Positions 1 through 12,670 of a DNA stretch of 64,000 bases are shown here, piece by piece (position 1 is the stretch's first letter; each line of letters begins with the position of its first letter). The position numbers were made by a program, and so were the translations under genes. The notes below the pieces were generated by a model. The model was not told where the DNA came from. It saw only the letters and a program-made list of their open reading frames with translations, and ran no database searches. Source of the DNA: Mesotaenium endlicherianum (taxonomy: Eukaryota); contig WELA01001161.1 of NCBI GenBank assembly GCA_009602735.1, forward strand, positions 1 to 64,000, read 5' to 3'.

Positions 1-243
1 GGGGGACTGTCTTTTCCTGACTTTCGCATTGTTCTCCTGACGTAGCAAAGAAATGTTGGACATCAGGTGGAACAAGACCATCCAGAGTTTGCACTCTCTG
101 GACGTCTATATTACTGATGGTCTCCTTTATCTGTTTGTCAGGCATGCATAGTGAATCCAGTTCAGCAGGACCCATAATACCTGCTACGAGGGCAGCTAGT
201 GACGACTCACTATCTCTAGCATCCTCACAGTCAGTAGACTGGA

Positions 244-1722
244 TTACTGACTGTTGCTGTCTTTTAAAGGCTGGTCTTTTCTCTCGACCTTAGGCAGGTG
301 CTTGACCGGACACTGTTCTCTGTAGTGGCCTTTCTGCTGACAATGGTAGCAAGTAGATTTTGCTGAGGCTGGTCTCGGCTTAGTCCTACCACCACCCCTT
401 CCATAGCCACCTCGAGAGGGACCACCTCTACCTCTAGACTGAATAGCATTGTACTCATACTCATATTCATCACCCTGATTATCCTCAGCCTGGTCTCCTT
501 CAACTGCATTGTAGGAACCGTGGGGCTTTTTGACAATCTTAGACACCAAAGCGTTACTCTGGCGCTTGTGATTGAACTGCTGCTGATCCCAGGCGTCAGC
601 ATCCTGGATCAAGTCAGCCAGTTTCTCATACTTTTTCTCAGCAAAATGACCAGAGACCTCGGATTTCAAGCCATACCTGAAGTATGCTATCCTATACCGT
701 TCTGGCAAATCAGGCTGCTTCATCATGTTCTCTTGGAACTTTTGAGCAAACTCAGCAACTGAAGTGGTCTGCTTCAGTGTCAGGGAGATCATCGCATAGA
801 TAGCTTTCTCCTGCTGGTTGATGACATCAAACTTCTCATGCAACTTCTCGACAAACTCTACCCACGTAGGGTCACCGAGTTGCCGAGCCTTACGCTCTTC
901 CTTCCAGTAAAGCCACCAGTCTGCGGCACTGCCTTTCAGTAGCGCACCGGTGTGCCTGACCTTCTCGTAATCTTGCAGTTCTGGGTAGTTCTCCAGCCAC
1001 TGCTCAACATCCGCGAGAAACTTGATCAGGTAATATTTTCTGTTTCCCTCAGGATCATAGTCCTGGGGAGGTTTCGGCTTGGGCTTACTAGGCCCTCGGC
1101 CACCACCACTAGTGGTGTGAGACCCCAGTTGGTCTCTGTCCCGGAGTAGGGACATTATGATTCTTTTGTCCTCCTGCTGGGACTGATACATGGTCGCCAT
1201 TTGCGACTGCATCTGAACGAACAATGCTCCCAAGTCTACATTTTGGGGTGGTAGATTAGCAAATGCAGCAGCAGCATTGGCATCTACTCGCTGAGTAGTG
1301 TCCTCAACAATCCCTCTTGCTCCTGCAGCAGCAATTCCTGCCGCATTCAGCCGGTCACGTATTTGACCTAGGGGTACATTGAGTTGTACGGCAGGAGGTG
1401 GGTTCAGAACATTGGCCCTTGATGCCATAAGTTCTTCAACAGTGCGCTCGTCAGCTGGCTGTCCTTCCCTCCTTTGTATATCTTCAGCGGCCTTTGCTAC
1501 TTGTTCAGCTTCTAGTCTGGCTATCTCCTCCTCAGCTTGCTGAGCTGCGACTGAGGCAATAGCAGCTGCCTCATCTGCAGCCTCCCTAGCTGCAGTATCC
1601 GCTACTGCTTCCGAATAGGTACGGTTTCCCGCTACATGGCTTTCCGCCTGGTTTTCGACATTCTCGTTATCCTGGTTCTCCATGTCTCGGGAGTTGCTAG
1701 TTTGAGACCTTGTCCTTACCAT
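244..1722 (-). CDS. gag: Gag (492 aa), family A
   Basis: Retrotransposon capsid-like core ([19 protein letters not shown]), RGG tract and CX2CX4HX4C knuckle [14 protein letters not shown]. Protein is identical to 57093-58571. Confidence 0.95.
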   Translation of the reverse strand: MVRTRSQTSNSRDMENQDNENVENQAESHVAGNRTYSEAVADTAAREAADEAAAIASVAAQQAEEEIARLEAEQVAKAAEDIQRREGQPADERTVEELMASRANVLNPPPAVQLNVPLGQIRDRLNAAGIAAAGARGIVEDTTQRVDANAAAAFANLPPQNVDLGALFVQMQSQMATMYQSQQEDKRIIMSLLRDRDQLGSHTTSGGGRGPSKPKPKPPQDYDPEGNRKYYLIKFLADVEQWLENYPELQDYEKVRHTGALLKGSAADWWLYWKEERKARQLGDPTWVEFVEKLHEKFDVINQQEKAIYAMISLTLKQTTSVAEFAQKFQENMMKQPDLPERYRIAYFRYGLKSEVSGHFAEKKYEKLADLIQDADAWDQQQFNHKRQSNALVSKIVKKPHGSYNAVEGDQAEDNQGDEYEYEYNAIQSRGRGGPSRGGYGRGGGRTKPRPASAKSTCYHCQQKGHYREQCPVKHLPKVERKDQPLKDSNSQ

Positions 1723-1743
1723 ACAAAGAAGACTGTGATAACT

Positions 1744-1755
1744 GCTCCGATACCA
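1744..1755 (-). other. Primer binding site (tRNA-iMet type)
   Basis: TGGTATCGGAGC on the minus strand, 1 nt after the LTR terminal CA. Confidence 0.9.
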
Positions 1756-1756
1756 C

Positions 1757-2476
1757 TGAAATGAATCGACTTACCAAATAGGCGATTAACAATTAATAAA
1801 GATCTTTATATCAGCAAGTAATCTTTATGGTATTTCCGTTAACTAGTTAAACGGCAAAGGACAATACACTAGCAGGGAATAATACTCGTAAGTCAAATGC
1901 GAGTAAACTAGCATCAATGATGCAAATCAGTAAACTCATACATAAGCAAGGTTAGAAGACAGTGCGTATCAATGGCTTCTCGCCTTGGATTCAGATCTCT
2001 CTCAGTAAGCTGTACAAGAGAGTTGGCCTCGTTTCCGAATGCCGAACTCGAGAGCAATGCCTAGCATATGTACATGGAATGAGTTTACTGTTCAACGGTC
2101 AGTGCGATGGCACCGCCTACCCGGGAGTTAACCACGTTAGTAGGACCTCGGTTAACCAAATCCACCGCCATCTCCCATCATCCCGAATAGCCATCCATCA
2201 TAGGGATGTCATCTGGCTATTCATCTAGCATATCGCACTTAGATGCATATCAAGGCAGTTCGCTGCTACCGAGTACGGAAGTCATCTTGCTGTCAAAGAA
2301 TGTGTCAGCAAGCTGACTTATATGGACTTCCAGCCTGCTGCTTTCGACTGAGTCAGCAAACTGATAATTATTAGAAGTCCAGCAGACTGACTATTAACTA
2401 AAGTTCAGCAGGCTGAACTTAATTAACTATTATATTTAAATGAATATTATATCCACTAATATACTGATTCATTACA
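1757..2476 (-). repeat. Family A 5' LTR (720 bp)
   Basis: Minus-strand termini TGTAATGAATC...GATTCATTTCA. Homologous copies start at 39400, 49467, 50533 and 58606. Confidence 0.95.
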
Positions 2477-3177
2477 CATATACAACTTACAAGCATAGTA
2501 GGAGAACACCCAGAACAATGTATGTCGGCACATGTGAATTCATGAATATTGAGACTCACACAAATGGTAATGACTGCATGCATAATAAAACAGGAAAAAT
2601 ATATGTATGATATAACCTTAGTGTGTGAAGCAGCATACCTTTGATGTTGAAGGAGTATTGTATAAGGTTGCACAGTGAGCTCTTGCTTGTTGCATGAGAG
2701 TTCTACCTCTGATATTAGCTAGTTGAGCTTCAATTTTAGGTGGGGGAACTCTGTGGTTATCCCATTCAGCCCTCTTTTCCACTTCTGTCCTTAAAGCTTG
2801 CTATTCATCATAAAGTCTTCCCCTTTCCCTGCTCTCCCTGTCAACTTTTTCTTAAACAGCACGATGCTGCCTCTGTGATTGCTCTCGCAACTCCCTATCC
2901 TGTCTGACCTTGTCTTTCTTAGCATTGGCAGCTTCTTCTCTAGCAATATGACCAGTTGCCATCATGACTTGTCCCACATCTACCCCTTTTTGTTAAGAAC
3001 CTATCAAGCATGTCTGCCACTCTTTCTACAATCTCATTTCAATAGGGTGATTTGCTCCCCACTTCTTTCTATCATAGCAATGGTCATGCCCCACTACAAT
3101 ACCTCCTTGTCTATTAAGAATGCAGAATGAGAGCCGAGTACTAGACATGTGTTCTTCATTGACATTCAATCTCCACT

Positions 3178-3606
3178 CTAAATACAAAGAAGGAATAACC
3201 ACTGCAAGCTCGCCCGAATTGGACAACACCTTGCAACACCCCCAACCGGATCTGTTCCTAAGAGACTGAAAGTATAAAATTCATCCATTTCCTCTAGCTT
3301 CCAACAAACTCTTCTAACACTTATTGTTATAGACGGCTCCTCTACAGTGATGTGATGTGCTACCTCCTTGCCCATACAACCAAATAATGACTGAAACACA
3401 GACTGAGGTAAGTTACTCTCTTGGATGCAAACATTTGACTGTGGAGTAGCACCAGCCCTGTTGTATATATGCCTCCTAAAGTTAGTGACCCATATGGTAG
3501 GGTCTACCTCCACACAAACAGTAAATTTCAGGTCACAAAATGGACAAACGTGTGTCTTCAGGCCCCTTAATTTGCCACAATTGCTGCAGTACTTATGAAC
3601 ACCCAT
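3178..3606 (-). CDS. Hypothetical protein with an N-terminal CxxC-x10-CxxC zinc-ribbon-like motif, possibly a transposon-associated remnant
   Basis: ATG-initiated ORF containing CSNC...CPFC, next to the piggyBac remnant. No family recognised. Confidence 0.25.
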   Translation of the reverse strand: MGVHKYCSNCGKLRGLKTHVCPFCDLKFTVCVEVDPTIWVTNFRRHIYNRAGATPQSNVCIQESNLPQSVFQSLFGCMGKEVAHHITVEEPSITISVRRVCWKLEEMDEFYTFSLLGTDPVGGVARCCPIRASLQWLFLLCI

Positions 3607-4165
3607 GATGCGCCTGGAAACGTCTAGAGAGCCTGCTAATGTGCACCTGGACCCGTAACCCTAGCGCCGCCACTAGTCAGAGAGAGCCTTTCGAAGTGCT
3701 TTTATGTGTGTGAAACAGATATAAAAACATGTGGAGTTCAAGAATTACTTAAATCTATTTTGTTATGCAGATGCACATAAACATGTTCTTGAGCAAGAAC
3801 AAGTACCTCCGCGTACAAAATGGTGAATTGCAGTCGCGAGAAATAATTATCGCAAAAGTTACACGGTCAATGTTTTCTAAACTCAACTAGCATCCAGTTT
3901 AATCTCTCAGAACAAAAAAGCATGAAGAAACGGCCCACTCTATGGGGAGAAGAGAACAGCAAAATCACCATGGCTGCGCAATATCTGAGCCCACCTGATC
4001 CTGCAAGGCCCCCTTCTAAAAACAAGAACTAATTGCATATAGTACCTTCAAATGAGATATAGATTGCTGTCGGTACTTGTAGTTGCTAGCGCTTACGAAT
4101 AAAGAAGAAGAGCGAGTAAGCTTACTTGAAATATCAAGAGGACTTAAAAGAAGACACGAAGCTGC

Positions 4166-5400
4166 TTAATTTGACATGCTAAGTCTTGTGCCGCGATTTG
4201 AATTGCTTAACCATAACAATTCGTATGTTTGACCCCGAAATTTGGTGTCTCCAATTTGACTCGTGTGAGTTTCATGTGAATGCTCACACTTGAAGTACAC
4301 CTTGGGAGCCCTTGGACTATCGGCACGATGTCCGAAAGTAGCGGCGTTGCACACCACACAATGTTTCCTCTCCTCAACCTTAGCAGGAAAGTGCCTGTGG
4401 TTCCACTAAACCTCTCCAACTTGTTGGAATGGTGCTGTCCTAGTTGCTACCTTGCTAGGCCCTGCATCATGAGCATGGTGAAAATAGCACATCTCATCCA
4501 TCACCTTCACATACATGTCAAATCCGTTGGAGTCGAGATGCGCCAACTTGTACAATATGAAAGTATTAGCAAGCAGGCCATCAAAGATGCCCCAGTAAGC
4601 CCTATGCCACCACTTCCTATTTACTAGAACTCTCTCAATACTGTAGTTCCTAGCTAAACACAGAGAATCATAGTGGTCTTCTCCATCCTTGTAAGTAATA
4701 TAATGCTCAACTAATTGAGGAGCTGGCACGGCCTTCTTCTCCTTTGCCAACACGCCTACGTTGAGTCTTACGTGCAAGCCCTTTGGCTGTGGACAAAAAA
4801 GCACGAGGCTTGCTATCATTGCAAACACAAGCAATCATAGCAGGCTGCTCATTATATGCAGCTAAAATGTGACCTGCTGGGTGGACATTTGGCTTCATGA
4901 ACACCATGCCAGTCGAAAACTTTTTCCTATTTGTGACAACAATTTTTGTAGTACCATGCCCTTTCTTAGCTAATAATGATAAAAGCTCAGGGGAAGTAAA
5001 GCCTCTGTTAATGACATAACTAAATACTCTACCTACAGGCAGCATACATAGTGCTCACTAGGTCTAGAACTACCTTAGTCCTCAACCAATCAACTTTTTT
5101 TCTATCATATATAATGAAAGCATAACAAAATTATGTAATCATCACACTAAGAGAACACTTCCAATCCATACTTGTAAGGTTTGTAGATTTTAATAGGACA
5201 TTGTCTGTTTGTGGGTGTAGTTCTCTCATCTACAGTCACGTTTTCTCCTGGACTATAATATTGTGCAAAGGTCTTGTGACACAAGTCAGTGAAAGTCTGC
5301 AGCTACCAAAGTTTGTACTCGCTAGACTCATCAGGAAAGTAGGCTCTAATTTTGTAATCCTCCACATGAAAGTTGTCATGCCCGTTCTTGTTGAGTCCTT
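4166..5400 (-). pseudogene. Degenerate piggyBac/PGBD-type DDD transposase
   Basis: Fragments in the expected order across frames: YYSPGENVTVDE, KPYKYGLEV, NRGFTSPELL...VTNRKKF, HYITYKDGEDHYD...RKWWHRAYWGIFDGLLANTFILYK, then a Cys-rich tail. Multiple frameshifts and stops; TIRs and TTAA ends not identified. Confidence 0.8.
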
Positions 5401-6424
5401 TTGGTATCTGGTAGTAGCACATACGGGTGAAGGACCAATGACAGGACTAGTGAGTAGTTGGGTTAGGGTGGTAGGTGAGGATGGTCTAGTCTGTGGGCAG
5501 TAGTGGTGAACACTGGGACCCATGATCGGCTCACAAGGATTTGCTATTGAGCAGCTATGAGGCTCCCTCCAGATCACGCGCATACTTCTTCCCTTCATGT
5601 ATGGCGGTGCCGCCCCCACAAGTGGAGGTCGACCCTCCGGTTCGCTCGCCTGAAGGGTCGGCGCGGGTACCTAGTGGGATCCCCTACTGTCCGTAGCTAG
5701 ATTATCACATACCGTAGGCAATCCCGATGGGTATGTTCCCGGGATTGCTAGGGGATAGGGAGAGTAAGGGATGAGAGGGGGTGTCATGACACTTGGGGAT
5801 AGGTCGCACTCGTTTGGTCGACCTTTGGTGTGCAGCACTTGGCAGAGGTGTTGAAGGCATAGACGTGGGGTTGACTATTGACTGGTCTCACAGTCTTTGG
5901 GTGGGCGCATTTGGGCGCATATTGTGATTCGGGTCTGCTTCACATAAGCACGACTGGGCAGTGGGCACGACTGGGCGCGACTGGGCGTGACGCAAGTGAC
6001 ACGAGTATAATTTGCAGCTAGGTAATTGTGCAGAATGGTGCAGAACTGAGCAAAATGGTGCGTAAGCCATCACAATTAAGTGATTGCTGGTCAACGTGCT
6101 CGCTATGTGAATGTGCAAATCTTGGAAGGATGCCAAAAGGTGGTGCAGTGTGGGACCACCTTACACTTGGTGCACCTTACCATGGTGATGTTTAGTCAAA
6201 GCAACACCATTAAAGATTATCTCAAAATGGCATCCCTTGCTCTCTCTGGCTCGCCCCGCCACAATGAGCGAAGTAAATTGTCGTCAAATTTACTGCTTCC
6301 TTTCGTGTGGGATTAGCTCTAGCCTCTCGTCGCTTGCCTACAAGCTCCTTTTGTCATCTTTTTGGTGATTGAGGGTGTATTCGCGAGTTACGTCTTGTAG
6401 TCTGCAGCTTGAGCCAATACAGCA

Positions 6425-8826
6425 ATGGAGGATCTCAGGGAGGAGGTCATCTGTCATATGTTTGAAGTCGACGGGTGGGATAGCGCCCTCATTGGGAGAC
6501 TAGCCTGTACTTCCCGACATTTTGCGAACGTGATGAGGAAGAGCGTATGGCGTAGTTTTTGTCTTTCCAAAGGAGGAAAGTTACTTTCACAGTTAAGTGA
6601 GGAGAGTCTTGAGCTCGATAAGGATTGGTCGGAGCTAGCAAGGTTCCTGGTTCTTTGCCCAAGCACTCAGTGTTATCCAGAGGGATTTGAGAAACCACCA
6701 CTTCATAAGCTACAATTTTCTTATGACAAGGATGGAAGCACCACATTTTTAAGAGCAAAACACAAGCAAGACACTCTCTATTTGGCTCGGACTTGTGATC
6801 ATGTTGACAATGGAGGAGAAATTCGAGTTTTTAAGGGCATCTTCAAAGATTTTGCAACAAGCACGTCAGTATACTATAACTCAAGTCCAGTCTGTCTTAC
6901 TGCAGAGCCTCTTCAGGCATGAGCAAGTTGATTAGGCAAATCCTGTTATATATAGTAGCTTACTGTAATCTGCTCATGTGCCTGTTCTTGTTTCATAAGT
7001 ATGAATTACATTTGGATGTATCAGCTTGACCACCACAGTTTAAGGCAGCAGGGTAATTATTTGCTACACGTCTGTAGATGTGCCTACAAGTCCCTATACG
7101 TGGCAAGCAGCTGTATGCGCCTACATCATTCATGTGCATGTGATTGTGCATGTATGATGTATGTCCCTACCTTCGTGTCAATGTCAGGACATTACGTTTC
7201 CCCTTTTTTACCAGCTTTGCACATTGTCATCAGAATGATAAACTTGCTACAATACTGGGTCTTCAACAAGCTTTCTGGTGCAGATGCCATGACTTTTTCT
7301 TTTTTTCTGCACGTTCACGCAAACAATTCTGCAGAGTGCGCAATCGGCTAGAGGGCCGAGAGTCGGGTTGCAAACGGGCAGTGCCCTTCAGGAAGACGGA
7401 GAGATGCCCCTTCTGCAGCTCGCAGGTGAGAGGGAGGGGGAAGGCCCTGCATTTTGCTGGTGTTCGCATGTGCTCCATCTCATCCTACATGTAATCCGCG
7501 GTTCTTTTCACCCAAAGTTCAGCCTTCTCTCTGCTGTCGCAAGGACAAGTGGTGCGTGCTATTATGTTGTGAGAGGCACCACGTGTGAAAGGAAAGTCAT
7601 GTTTGAGGCTACATAATTTGCCTGCTGAAAAGCCTGTCTGCCAAGGGCTAATCTGCTGGAAGCCTCTCAGCTGTCCTCTGCATTCTTGTGTGTGTTTGTG
7701 CATGGCACACCAGTATCACATGTCAACACTTGCTGGTTTTGAAGGACAAATGCTTATGTGGAGCTGGTCCTGTGCAAACAGGTGAGGCCAGCATCAGGAG
7801 GCAGGTTCTAGAGTTCTCCCTACCCCTAAATCTGTCAGATAATTAAGTTGGCGAACCGTTCTTTCTTTGAAATGTGGCTGTCAGGTGTGGCCTGCGTCGA
7901 GCGTGGTGGGGCAGGACGAGGTCAGCTTCTTGGGGGGTTGTGTCTTCGAGTATGAAGTCAACATTTGCACTAAGGTCAGCTCCCACTTCTTGGCCCCCTC
8001 GTGTTCTCTCCCACCTGTGACACTTGGCTCCCTCTGCTCATGCTCTAAGCGAGTCCACGATGTGACCTGCCTCTCGCATCTAGCAGCTTGAACCTGGCCG
8101 GGCCAGTTGCGTGTCACAGAGTGCCCGATTGTAAGACCTTGGGTTGTATGTAAGCTCTTGTCTGCCCTTTCACTTGCGCCAGAAGCTGTCCTCGCCACTT
8201 GGCGTCGCGGTTGGGCACTTCACCTCCTCGTGCAAATGCTGGTTAACCCTCTAGATTGTCTTGAAGGAATGCCGGGTAACTTTGTTCTTGGGGGAAGGGG
8301 TAGCAGGGTCGGGTTTGTGAGAGCAAACGTGCACAGGTGACATGCTCGCTGTAAAACGGAGCTTTTTCGGAGCCGCGGGCTCTTCTTTGTCCTCCTCTTC
8401 TTCACCCTGCAGGGCCACTTGTATGGCATGTGGGTGCCGGAGGGCGACTTCGACGATGACGAGGAGGGGTGGGACCTGGAGGATCCCTCGGACATCGAGT
8501 TTGATTCGGACGACGCGGAGTTCTTCTCGGACAACGACTTCTGCTGCGCTTTCGACGGTGATTTTGAGGTTGACTGGGGCAGCCACCTGGACTTGGCGGA
8601 AGCAGAGGCGGAGATGGCGTTGGCCTTCCCTGAAGCGGAGGAGGACTCTGCTGTCGTAGTTTCGAGCAACGCCGGGGCTTCTGTGGGAGCCGGGGAACTG
8701 AGGTGTGCCTCTGCTAAGAGTGGCGGGCCGGACGAAGAAGGCGGGGGGGGCTGGTTCGAAGAAGAGATCAAGGAGTTAGATGCCGAGATGGTTGAGGCTG
8801 ACGAGAACAATCAGGACGCTTCATGA
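6425..8826 (+). CDS. EID1/EDL-like F-box protein, copy 1 (exons 6425-6864, 7335-7425, 7885-7974, 8413-8826; 344 aa)
   Basis: GT-AG introns with consistent phases. Motifs match plant EID1-like proteins: F-box with W.SFC, DTLYLARTCDH, FKGIFKDF, CPFC, ICTK-GHLYG, and an acidic tail. Confidence 0.85.
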
Positions 8827-9892
8827 GGCGAAAAGCATGCAAGGGTCTTGCAGGCTGGTGCCCCACGGCTACAGGGAATGTTTTGTGAAGGTGAACTTGT
8901 GGATTGGTGGACCTCCACTAGAAACTCGTCGCACCACAGGAATGGCATCAGGACACAAGCAGTCCTGGTTGTGAATCTGATAAGGGTAGGGGTGGCAATT
9001 ATACTCCGCTTTCTCTGTAGGAGCATGAGTAGCTCACTGAAGTTGAAGACTTGCTGTCAGGGTTGTCCATGTCGAAGAGCACGTACACAGAGCTGCTCGT
9101 GCCCCAAGTGAAAGGAAGGGAGGAGCGCACGTATGGTGTTATTCCTTCATGAGGGGTTACGGCGCAAGCAGTGACTGCTTTCTGCTGTACATAATGTACA
9201 CTAGTAAGATCACAAAGGTGAATGCACACATACGGTCACGCGATAGACATTGCACCTGAAGTGGTAATGATTCCCGTTTGTCAATGTACAATGGTCGTGA
9301 TGATCATATCGATGTTCGTAACCAGCCAAGCTCTGCAGCCCCTTTGTACGTCTGATTATCTTGCTTCATACGGTGAAATGACAGAACCAGAGGTGGATGT
9401 GATCATGGGGCCTGTCCACGGATGCACAAACTTGTCCCTACCTTACATCTAAATTAAATTTCCACAAAAGGGCAACATTAGATTTGCACAGAAGCACTCA
9501 GTGTCTTTCTTTCTTTCGGCTCCGAGCTGCGCTAACGTGTCTATGTGAGTTATCATATTTAAGTGAGCCCATGGGACCTGCATGTCTTGGGCCTACGAGA
9601 CTCAGTGAGGCACTTGTGGCAGCGCACGGGGCCGAGGTTTTCGCGGAAATAGACTTGGGTGACCATTGACTGGTCCGACAGTCTGTGGACGGGCGCGTGT
9701 ATGATTCGGGTCTGCCAGGCTGCTGCCAGGGTCTGCTTTACATAGGCACGACGACTGGGCGCGACTACGCGCGACTGATTACGACAGGGCCCGACTGGAC
9801 TTGACGCAAGTGGACACTGGACACGAGTCCAACTCTCTAGCTAGTTGCAGATTCTGCGAAATGGTAGGTAAGCGTTCGTAAGCCAGCGTGAA

Positions 9893-9964
9893 CTATCACA
9901 AGTGCTGGTCACTATGCTATCACAAGTGCTGGTCAACATATTATCGCAAGTGCTGGTCAACATG
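9893..9964 (+). repeat. 3 x 24 bp tandem repeat upstream of F-box copy 2
   Basis: CTATCACAAGTGCTGGTCA(C/A)(T/C)AT(G/A) three times; only one diverged unit upstream of copy 1 (~6068-6100). Confidence 0.85.
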
Positions 9965-10255
9965 CTCGCTACGTGAAAGTAGAAAATCTTGGAACGATGC
10001 CAAAGATGGTGCAGTATGTGGGACCACCTTTGTGGCACTTGGTGGTGATTCATGTGTAGTACAGCAACACCATGAAATATCATCTCAAAATTAATGGCAT
10101 CCTTTGCTCTCTATGACTCGCCCCACCACGACGAGGGAAACAAGTTGACGGCAAATCTAACGCTTTCTTCTGTGTGGAAGTAGCTCTAGGCTCTCGTGAT
10201 TGAGGGTGCATTCGCGAGTGACGTCGTGTAACTCGCACTTTGATCCAATACAGCA

Positions 10256-12670
10256 ATGGAGGATTTGAGAGAGGAGGTCATCTGTCATATGTTTGAAGTC
10301 GATGGGTGGGATAGCGCCCTCATTGGAAGACTAGCCTGTACTTCCCAACATTTTGCAAACATCATGAAAAAGAGCGTATGGCGTAGTTATTGTCTTTCGA
10401 AGGGAGGGGACTTACTTTCAGAATTATGTGAGGAGAATAATGAGCTGGATAAGGATTGGTCGGAGCTAGCAAGGTTCATGGTTCTTTGCCCGAGCACATG
10501 GTGCTATTTAGGGGGATTTGAGAAACCACCACTTCATAAGCTACATTTTTCTTATGACAAGGATGGGAGCACCACATTGTTACTAGAAAAACATAAGCAA
10601 GACACTCTCTATTTGGCTCGGACTTGTGATCATGTTGAGAACGGAGGAGAAATTCGAGTTCTCAAGGGCATCTTTAAAGATTTCGCGACCAGCACGTCAG
10701 TTTTCTATCCCTCTCGCAAGTCCATTCTTCAACATGCCTTACTGCAGAGCCTCTTCAGGCATGAGCAAGTTGATTAGATGAAGACTGTCATGTATCCTTG
10801 CTTACGTTAATTTCCTCGTGTGCCTGTTCTTGTGCACTGAGTCTGTTCTTGTGCACTGAGTATAAACTATATTTCAACATATCAGCTTGACCTCCACAGT
10901 CTTAAGCAGCAGGGTAATGTTTTGCTACACGCCCATAGATGTGCCTATAAGTCCTTAAATGTGGCAAGCAGCTGTATGCTGCCTACATCATTCATGTGCA
11001 TGTTTTGTGCATGTATGTCCCTTCGTGTCAATGACATGACATTATATTTCCTCCTTCTTTATCAGCTTTGCGCATTGTCATCAGAATGATATACTTGCTA
11101 CAGTACTGGGTCTTCAACAAGCTTCCTGGTGGCTGCCGCCATGACCGTTGCTTATTTTCTGCATATTCATGCAAACAACTCTGCAGAGTGCGCAATCGAC
11201 TAGAGGGCCAAGAGTCGGGTTGCCAACGGGCAATGCCCTTCATCAAGACGGAGAGATGCCCCTTCTGCAGCTCGCAGGTGAGAGGGAAGGGGAAGGCCCT
11301 GCACTTTGCTGGTGTGTGCATGTGCTCCATTTGATCCTGCATGTGATTTTGCACTTCCTTCACCCAAAGTTCAGCCTTCTCTCTGCTGTCGCAAGGACAA
11401 GTGGTGCATGCTATTATGTTGTGAGAGGCACCACGTGTGAAAGGAGAGTGGTGTTTGAGGCTTCATAACCTGCCTGCTGAAAAGCCTGTCTGCCGAGGGC
11501 TGGTCTGCTGGAAGCCTCTCAGCTGTCCTCTGCATTCTTGTGTGTGTTTGTGCATGGCACACCAGTATCACATATCAACACTTGCCGGTTGTCGCGCACA
11601 AATGCTTATGTGGAGCGGGCCCTTTGCAAACAAGCAGAGAAGCATCAGGAGACGCGCTTTGAAATTCTCCCTCATCTTATGAGTGCCCTCACCATGTGCC
11701 CTTTGACTTCTGGTGCTGTAGTGCATGCGAATGTGAATTCAACATAAATTTCGCTTGGCCTTTGGAAGACAATGCCGTCATCGTGGAGTCAGCACTTGCT
11801 GTCGGGAGGAGCAAGCGAGCTGCACCGGGATGATTACCAAACCCCCTCTCTCCCTCCCCATCCTGCCCGCCCACGTTGTCGACAAGAGCCTCTTGTCATT
11901 GTCCAACTCCAAGTGTGTCAGATATTCAAGTCGGTGGAGCGTTGTGTCCTTCTTTGAAATGTGGGTGTCAGGTGTGGCCTGCGTCGAGCTTGGTAGGGCA
12001 GGACGAGGATAGCCTCTTGGGGGATTGTGTCTCTATGTATGAAGTCAACATCTGCACCAAGGTCAGCTCCCCACTTCTCGCCCCCCTCGTGTTCTCTACC
12101 ACCTGTAACACCTGGCTCCCTCTGCTCATGCTCTAAGCGAGTCCGCGATATGACCTGCCTCTTGCATCTAGCAGCTTGAACCTGGCCGGGCCAGTCTGTG
12201 TGTCACAGAGTGCCCGATCGTAAGTCCACGGGTTGTACGTGAGCTGGATTGTAGGTAAGCTGCTTGTCCGCCAATTTCTTGCACCAGAAGCTGTCCTCGC
12301 CACTTGGCGTCGCGGTTGGGCACTTCATCTCCCATTTCATATGCTGGTTAACCCTCTGCCTTGTCTTGAAGGATTACCAGGTAACTTTGTCTTTGGGAGA
12401 AGTGGTAGCAGGGTCGGGTTTGTAAGAGCAAATGTGCACAGGTGACATGCTCGCTGTAAAAAGGAGTTTTTTGGGAGCCGCGGGCTCTTCTTTGTCCTCG
12501 TCTTCTTCACCCTGCAGGGCCACTTGTACGGCATGTGGGTGCCGGAGGGCGACTTCGACGATGACGAGGAGGGATGCGACCTGGACGATCCCTCGGACAT
12601 CGAGTTCGACTCGGACGACGACGCAGAGTTCTCGGACAATGACTTCTGCTGCGCATACGATGGACTTTGA
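10256..12670 (+). CDS. EID1/EDL-like F-box protein, copy 2 (exons 10256-10695, 11187-11277, 11972-12061, 12518-12670), acidic tail truncated by a frameshift
   Basis: Same exon lengths and splice sites as copy 1. A small deletion near 12660 gives TGA at 12668-12670, while the sequence homologous to the copy 1 tail continues to ~12940. Confidence 0.75.

Larger units (their letters stand above)
1..2476 (-). mobile_element. Ty3/Gypsy chromovirus family A, copy A1 (5' LTR, PBS, gag, start of pol; runs off the left edge)
   Basis: LTR at 1757-2476, PBS at 1744-1755, gag at 244-1722. Bases 1-1756 are nearly identical to 56850-58605 of copy A2, which has a full chromodomain Pol. Confidence 0.95.

Noticed and set aside
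1962..2228. Recurrent 88-aa ORF (also 39605, 49715, 50737, 58802)
   Set aside because: It lies inside the family A LTR, antisense to the element, with a GTG start and no motif. Its recurrence is explained by LTR copy identity.
5540..5800. Possible LTR fragment (purine run followed by TGTCATGACA)
   Set aside because: No second copy, PBS or TSD in the window, so it cannot be supported.
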